The position numbers were made by a program, and so were the translations under genes. From Hyphomicrobiales bacterium (GTDB taxonomy: Bacteria; Pseudomonadota; Alphaproteobacteria; Rhizobiales; TMED25), in the NCBI GenBank assembly GCA_016780665.1, contig JADHLM010000003.1:1-33080 (forward strand): 33,080 bases of DNA. The letters are read 5' to 3'. Below are positions 27,949 through 33,080 of the stretch, in pieces. Under the pieces are notes generated by a model. It did not search any database. It was not told the DNA's origin and worked only from the letters and a program-made list of their open reading frames with translations. The first letter of the stretch is position 1, and the number at the start of each line of letters is the position of its first letter.

Positions 27949-29010
27949 TTAACCTAAAATTTTTTTCATTAACTCAGCAGTATAATTTACCATAGGAATA
28001 ATACGCCCATAGTTCATTCTTGTTGGGCCGATCACCCCTAATACACCTATTACCTGTTTTTTCTCGTTCTGATAAGGCGCAACAACCATGGAAGATCCTG
28101 AAAGTGAGAATAATTTATTTTCAGATCCTATAAAGATTCTAACCCCTTCGGCTTTCTCTGCCATACCAAGTAATTGTATTATCTCTTTTTTGTCCTCTAG
28201 ATCTTGAAAAAGATGTTTTATCCTTTCTAAATCTTCACTTGCTTCAATATTGGATATTAGGTTTGATACACCTTTTACAATAAGTATTTTATCTTCTTTT
28301 TTATAATTCGAACTAGTCCAAGTTGCAAGCCCTTGAGTCAGCAGTGTTGCTGTTTCTCTGTCAAGTTCATTCTTCTTTTCTGAGAGATCAACTTCAATTC
28401 TTTTTATTGCCTCATTAAGTGTAAAGCCCCTCATATGATGGTTCAAATAATTTCCGGCAGCCGCAAGACTTGAAGCGGTTAATCCCTCTGAATTATCAAT
28501 TATTCTATTTTCAACATTTCCATCTTCATCAACCAGTATTACTAGAACTTTTGTTTTATCAAGTAAAACAAATTCAATGTGTTTAATATATTTAGCATCC
28601 TTATTTACCGATACTACTCCAGTATAATTTGTCAGACCTGATAGCATTTCGCTTGCTTTGGCAAGTGCATCCTCGATAGACATGTTATTTGCCATTGCCT
28701 GTTGTTTAATTACTGCTTGATCAACATCAGTCAAGCTTCCGATTTCCAACATAGCATCAACAAATAATCTCAAACCACCTTCAGTTGGAATTCTACCTGC
28801 GCTAATGTGAGGGGAATAAATTAATTCCAGTGACTCCAAATCATGCATTACGTTTCTAATTGAAGCAGCAGACAGATCAAATTGATCCATTTGAGATATA
28901 GTTCTAGATCCAATTGGAGAACCGGTATTTAAATATTCCTCAACTATTTTCTTAAATATTATTCTTGATCTATCATCTAGGTCTAAAAGATTTAATTTTC
29001 TATCAACCAT
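27949..29010 (-). CDS. hrcA: Heat-inducible transcription repressor HrcA
   Basis: PIGS, SAASIRNVM, PHISAGRIPT and GPTRMNY. Confidence 0.97.
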   Translation of the reverse strand: MVDRKLNLLDLDDRSRIIFKKIVEEYLNTGSPIGSRTISQMDQFDLSAASIRNVMHDLESLELIYSPHISAGRIPTEGGLRLFVDAMLEIGSLTDVDQAVIKQQAMANNMSIEDALAKASEMLSGLTNYTGVVSVNKDAKYIKHIEFVLLDKTKVLVILVDEDGNVENRIIDNSEGLTASSLAAAGNYLNHHMRGFTLNEAIKRIEVDLSEKKNELDRETATLLTQGLATWTSSNYKKEDKILIVKGVSNLISNIEASEDLERIKHLFQDLEDKKEIIQLLGMAEKAEGVRIFIGSENKLFSLSGSSMVVAPYQNEKKQVIGVLGVIGPTRMNYGRIIPMVNYTAELMKKILG

Positions 29011-29082
29011 ATAAATTGTTAATCTTTCTGTTTCGTTTAATAAATGTTATACATTATAAATATATTAAATAATAATACATAA

Positions 29083-29811
29083 ATGCAAGTGACTTTAATG
29101 CGAAGTTTTAAAAGAAAAAATACTGATTTACGTCCAATAAATCTTTCACCTAATTTTGTGAATAACGCTGATGGATCATGCATGATTGAAATTGGTAATA
29201 CTCGGGTTATTTGCACTGCGACAATTGATAGCAGAGCACCAATCTGGCTCAAAGGAAGTGGCAAGGGATGGGTCACAGCTGAATATGGGATGCTTCCAAG
29301 ATCTACTAACGACAGAATGCAAAGAGAGGCAAAATCTGGCAAACAATCAGGACGTACACAAGAAATACAAAGGCTTATTGGCAGGAGCTTAAGAGCATCT
29401 ATTGATCTTGATGGATTGGCAGAAAAACAGATCATAATTGATTGTGATGTTATTCAAGCAGACGGTGGAACCAGAACAGCTTCAATTACAGGGGGGTGGT
29501 TAGCATTGAAATTATGCATAGAAAAAATGCTTAAGATTGGAATTATTTCAAAAAATCCACTTAAAACGCAAGTCGCTGCAATATCCTGCGGTATAGTGAA
29601 TGGAGAAGTGCTCATGGACCTTGATTATGAGGAGGACTCAACAGCAGAAGTCGATGCAAATATCATTTTTACAAAAGAATTTGAACTAGTAGAAGTTCAG
29701 TCATCAAGCGAAGAAAAAACATTCTTAACTCAAGACCTTCTAATTATGTTAGACATGGTAAAAAATAAATCGACTGAAATTCTTCAGGCACAATTAAATG
29801 CAATAAAATAA
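29083..29811 (+). CDS. rph: Ribonuclease PH (start may be ATG 29098)
   Basis: GWVTAEYGMLP, EIQRLIGRSLR, ADGGTRTASITG and DLDYEED. Confidence 0.97.
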   Translation: MQVTLMRSFKRKNTDLRPINLSPNFVNNADGSCMIEIGNTRVICTATIDSRAPIWLKGSGKGWVTAEYGMLPRSTNDRMQREAKSGKQSGRTQEIQRLIGRSLRASIDLDGLAEKQIIIDCDVIQADGGTRTASITGGWLALKLCIEKMLKIGIISKNPLKTQVAAISCGIVNGEVLMDLDYEEDSTAEVDANIIFTKEFELVEVQSSSEEKTFLTQDLLIMLDMVKNKSTEILQAQLNAIK

Positions 29812-29813
29812 TT

Positions 29814-30449
29814 ATGCTTAGTTTTGATCAAAACAAATTATTAATCGCAAGTCATAATGAAGGAAAAATATCTGAATTCAGAGAGCTGTTAAATTTTAGT
29901 GACTTATGTATTGTTTCATCTAAAGAACTTGGGTTGATTGAGCCAATAGAGGATGGAAATACCTTTGAGGCTAATGCATTAATCAAAGCCAAGTCTGGCT
30001 GCGAACTGTCTGGCTTAACAACACTATCAGATGACTCAGGTTTAGCGGTGGATGCTCTCGGTGGAGATCCAGGTATTTATTCCGCGAGATGGGCAGGTCC
30101 AGATAAAGATTTTAATTATGCAATGAAAGAAGTTAATAGGCTACTTGAAGAAAAGAAGATTGCTGAAGAAAAAAGAACAGCGAGATTCATTTGTGCACTT
30201 TGTCTTTATAAGACAAATGGTGACTATTTGTTTTTTGTTGGAAAAGTTGAAGGTAAGATAGTATGGCCTCCAAGAGGTGATTATGGTTTTGGATATGATG
30301 CAATATTCAAACCAGATGATAGGTTTGAAACTTTTGGTGAGCTCACATCTACTGAAAAACATTCTTGGTCAAGAGAAAAAATAGGCTTATCGCACAGAGC
30401 TAGAGCATTTGATAAATTTATCAAATTTTTGATTAATGCAGAAAATTAA
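29814..30449 (+). CDS. rdgB: dITP/XTP pyrophosphatase
   Basis: ASHNEGK, DDSGL, PGIYSARW, GFGYD and SHRARA. Confidence 0.96.
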   Translation: MLSFDQNKLLIASHNEGKISEFRELLNFSDLCIVSSKELGLIEPIEDGNTFEANALIKAKSGCELSGLTTLSDDSGLAVDALGGDPGIYSARWAGPDKDFNYAMKEVNRLLEEKKIAEEKRTARFICALCLYKTNGDYLFFVGKVEGKIVWPPRGDYGFGYDAIFKPDDRFETFGELTSTEKHSWSREKIGLSHRARAFDKFIKFLINAEN

Positions 30450-30451
30450 AG

Positions 30452-31597
30452 ATGCCAAATTTTGGAATATATGTACATTGGCCATTCTGCCTCTCAAAAT
30501 GCCCTTATTGCGACTTCAATAGCCATGTCTCGAAACAGTCAATTGATCAGCTAAATTACCTCAGACTTCTAAAAAAAGAGCTCGACTCATACTCAGAAAT
30601 TATTGGAAATAAGATAATAGGCTCAATATTTTTCGGTGGCGGAACGCCATCTCTCATGGAACCAAATATAGTTGGTAACTTATTAGATTATATAAGTAAA
30701 CAATATAAAACCGAACAAGCTCTTGAAATTACACTTGAGGCTAATCCAACTAGTGTTGAACAAAATAAATTCATTGCATATTCGTCAGCAGGAATAAACC
30801 GAGTTTCAGTTGGTGTTCAGTCTTTAAACGATGTTGACCTAAAAAGATTGGGCAGAAATCATACTGCAAATGAAGCTATTAAGGCTATCGATATAGCATC
30901 TAACAATTTTGACTCAGTATCTATAGATTTAATATACTGTAGGCCTGATCAAAAAGAGACAGATTGGGAAAAAGAGCTTCACAAAGCGCTAAACTTATCT
31001 ACTCAACACCTGTCACTTTACCAACTAACTATCGAACCAAAGACAGTGTATGAAAAGTTATTCAAAGCTGGGAAATTAAAATTACCAGACGAATATACCT
31101 CAGCCAAACTATATCAAATGACAGAAGATATATGTGAAGAATTTGATTTACATAAATACGAAATTTCAAATTTTGCAAAAAATGGTCATCAATGTCACCA
31201 TAATCTGAATTATTGGCATAGCGGTGAGTGGGTTGGAATTGGTCCAGGTGCGCACTCCAGGATTTCAAAGAATATGAAAAGAACAGCAATAATTAATGAG
31301 TATGACCCACAAAAATGGTCAACTATGATAATTAAAAATGGAAATTCTGTGATTGAAGAAGAGATTTTAACAACCGAACAAAATTGTGATGAATACTTAT
31401 TAATGTCCATGAGAACCACGGAAGGAATGAAAATAAAAAGATATAATTCCTTAGGTGGAAAGCTCAATAAAGTTAAAGTTGATGAGTTTATTAATGATGG
31501 TTTTCTTGAAAAAAGTAACAATGGTGACAGTATAAATATTACTCGTAAAGGATCAATGTTAAGTGATATGATAATTGCAAATATAGCATCATTATGA
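30452..31597 (+). CDS. hemW: Radical SAM heme chaperone HemW
   Basis: YVHWPFCLSKCPYCDF, FGGGTPS, EANP, YEISN and HNLNYW. Confidence 0.94.
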   Translation: MPNFGIYVHWPFCLSKCPYCDFNSHVSKQSIDQLNYLRLLKKELDSYSEIIGNKIIGSIFFGGGTPSLMEPNIVGNLLDYISKQYKTEQALEITLEANPTSVEQNKFIAYSSAGINRVSVGVQSLNDVDLKRLGRNHTANEAIKAIDIASNNFDSVSIDLIYCRPDQKETDWEKELHKALNLSTQHLSLYQLTIEPKTVYEKLFKAGKLKLPDEYTSAKLYQMTEDICEEFDLHKYEISNFAKNGHQCHHNLNYWHSGEWVGIGPGAHSRISKNMKRTAIINEYDPQKWSTMIIKNGNSVIEEEILTTEQNCDEYLLMSMRTTEGMKIKRYNSLGGKLNKVKVDEFINDGFLEKSNNGDSINITRKGSMLSDMIIANIASL

Positions 31598-31604
31598 CAA
31601 AAAA

Positions 31605-32480
31605 ATGAAACACGAATATAAGAAAATGCAGGATAAAATCGAAGCAGGTTTATATTTAGTGGCAACCCCCATTGGAAATCTAGAAGATATTACTCTCAGG
31701 GCTTTACGTATTTTGAACTGTGTGGATAAAATTTATTGTGAAGATACAAGGGTAACAAAAAAATTATTAAATTATTATCAAATAGAAAAAAAATTATACA
31801 AATATAATGATTATAGCAATGAAGATGATAGAGAAATAATACTACAAGACATCATAAATGGGCTGAGCGTTGCAATATTATCCGATGCTGGAACGCCCCT
31901 CATTTCTGATCCAGGATATAAACTTGTAAGGGCATTAAGGGATAAGGATATTAATATTACTTCAATACCTGGTCCCTCAGCTTTAACTTCATCAGCGGTC
32001 GTATCTGGACTTCCTACAGATAAAATATATTTCATAGGCTTTTTGCCAAATAATATCACTAAAAGGAAAATTGAACTTGAAAAAGTAAAAACGCTGAATA
32101 CTACTGTTGTAATATTTGAGAGTTCAAAAAAATTATCAAAAATATTAGATGAAATTAAAAATATTTATGGAAATATTGATATCACTATTGTGAGAGAATT
32201 AACAAAAATTTTCGAGGAAATAATAAGCGCCAAAATTGAAGAAATAATCAAGATAAGTTCCGAAAATAAAATTAGAGGAGAGATTGTTGTTCTATTTAAC
32301 ACATCTCAATTTGATTATATTATTGATTATGATGTCGTTGAGACTGATATCAGAAAATTAATAAATGATTTGCCACTAAAACAAATTACAAATATCATTC
32401 ATACGAAACATAATCTACCAAAAAAAAAAATTTATGACCTTTGTCTTAAATTTAAAAAAACAATAAAAAATATTGGATAA
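31605..32480 (+). CDS. rsmI: 16S rRNA C1402 2'-O-methyltransferase
   Basis: VATPIGNLEDIT, CEDTR, SDAGTPLISDPG and RELTK. Confidence 0.96.
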   Translation: MKHEYKKMQDKIEAGLYLVATPIGNLEDITLRALRILNCVDKIYCEDTRVTKKLLNYYQIEKKLYKYNDYSNEDDREIILQDIINGLSVAILSDAGTPLISDPGYKLVRALRDKDINITSIPGPSALTSSAVVSGLPTDKIYFIGFLPNNITKRKIELEKVKTLNTTVVIFESSKKLSKILDEIKNIYGNIDITIVRELTKIFEEIISAKIEEIIKISSENKIRGEIVVLFNTSQFDYIIDYDVVETDIRKLINDLPLKQITNIIHTKHNLPKKKIYDLCLKFKKTIKNIG

Positions 32481-32509
32481 CATCAAACATTAAAACATTG
32501 GTTATTAGC

Positions 32510-33080
32510 ATGAAAATTATTGTCCAAATGGATCCCATTGAAAAACTTAACCTTGAGGGAGATAGTACTTTTGCCCTTCTATATGAAGCACAAACCAGAG
32601 GGTATGAAATAGATTTTTATACTCCTAACATGTTGACATTAGAAGATGGAATCTTATTAGCCGAAGCTTATCAAATAAGTTTAAAAAATAACCCAAGTGA
32701 AATAATTAAATCAAATGGGGCAAAAAGTGTGCAACTCGATAAATATGATGTTGTTTTAATGAGACAAGATCCTCCATTTGATATGAATTATATTACCGCA
32801 ACACACTTATTGGAAACAGTTCAGGAAAGAGTACTTGTTCTAAATAACCCCTTCTACGTGAGAAATTGCCCTGAAAAAATTTTTGTGAATAATTATAAAA
32901 AATTTATGCCACCTACAATGATAACAAGAAATACTTCTGAAATTAATAGATTTAGAGATAGATATGATGAGATTATCATTAAACCTTTATATGGAAATGG
33001 TGGAGCGAGTGTTTTTTATTCCAATAAATCCGATAGAAATTTTAATTCAATAATTGAAAATTTTATGAATATAAGTAATG
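32510..33080 (+). CDS. gshB: Glutathione synthetase (partial; runs off window end)
   Basis: Manual translation from ATG 32510: MKIIVQMDPIE...DST...MRQDPPFDMNY...RNCPEK...KPLYGNGG. Confidence 0.95.
   Translation, partial: MKIIVQMDPIEKLNLEGDSTFALLYEAQTRGYEIDFYTPNMLTLEDGILLAEAYQISLKNNPSEIIKSNGAKSVQLDKYDVVLMRQDPPFDMNYITATHLLETVQERVLVLNNPFYVRNCPEKIFVNNYKKFMPPTMITRNTSEINRFRDRYDEIIIKPLYGNGGASVFYSNKSDRNFNSIIENFMNISN

Overview
Low-GC, tightly packed chromosomal window, most likely from a streamlined marine alphaproteobacterium (inferred from the hrcA/grpE/rph/rdgB/hemW/rsmI/gshB block, GyrB and a proteorhodopsin). From left to right it holds four regions. (1) A renalase-like oxidoreductase (partial), pseudoazurin, nth, an SNase-like nuclease and tRNA-Ala(GGC), followed by a small variable islet: a pseudogene, a candidate structured RNA, a wHTH protein, an AT-rich spacer and a secreted coiled-coil protein with 33-nt repeats; fadD follows. 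(2) A 7.8-kb minus-strand gene run: pirin, glutaredoxin-like, ceramidase-like, cutA, a voltage-gated ion channel with an atypical TLSSWE filter, a membrane protein, a LuxE-like acyl-protein synthetase, a LuxC-like acyl reductase, a blue-tuned proteorhodopsin, DCC1-like and DUF2256. (3) A catabolic patch: cupin, DoeD-like aminotransferase, CoA-transferases of families I and III, a BadI/MenB-like crotonase, an epimerase, a lactonase and a non-canonical M24 protein. (4) Housekeeping genes from gyrB to gshB. The best candidate for an undescribed system is the coupled LuxE/LuxC-like acid-to-aldehyde reductase directly upstream of an opsin, with no luxAB, luxD, blh or crt genes in the window. It may supply or salvage the aldehyde chromophore; this is a hypothesis only. 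All calls come from motif recognition by eye; no database searches were run.
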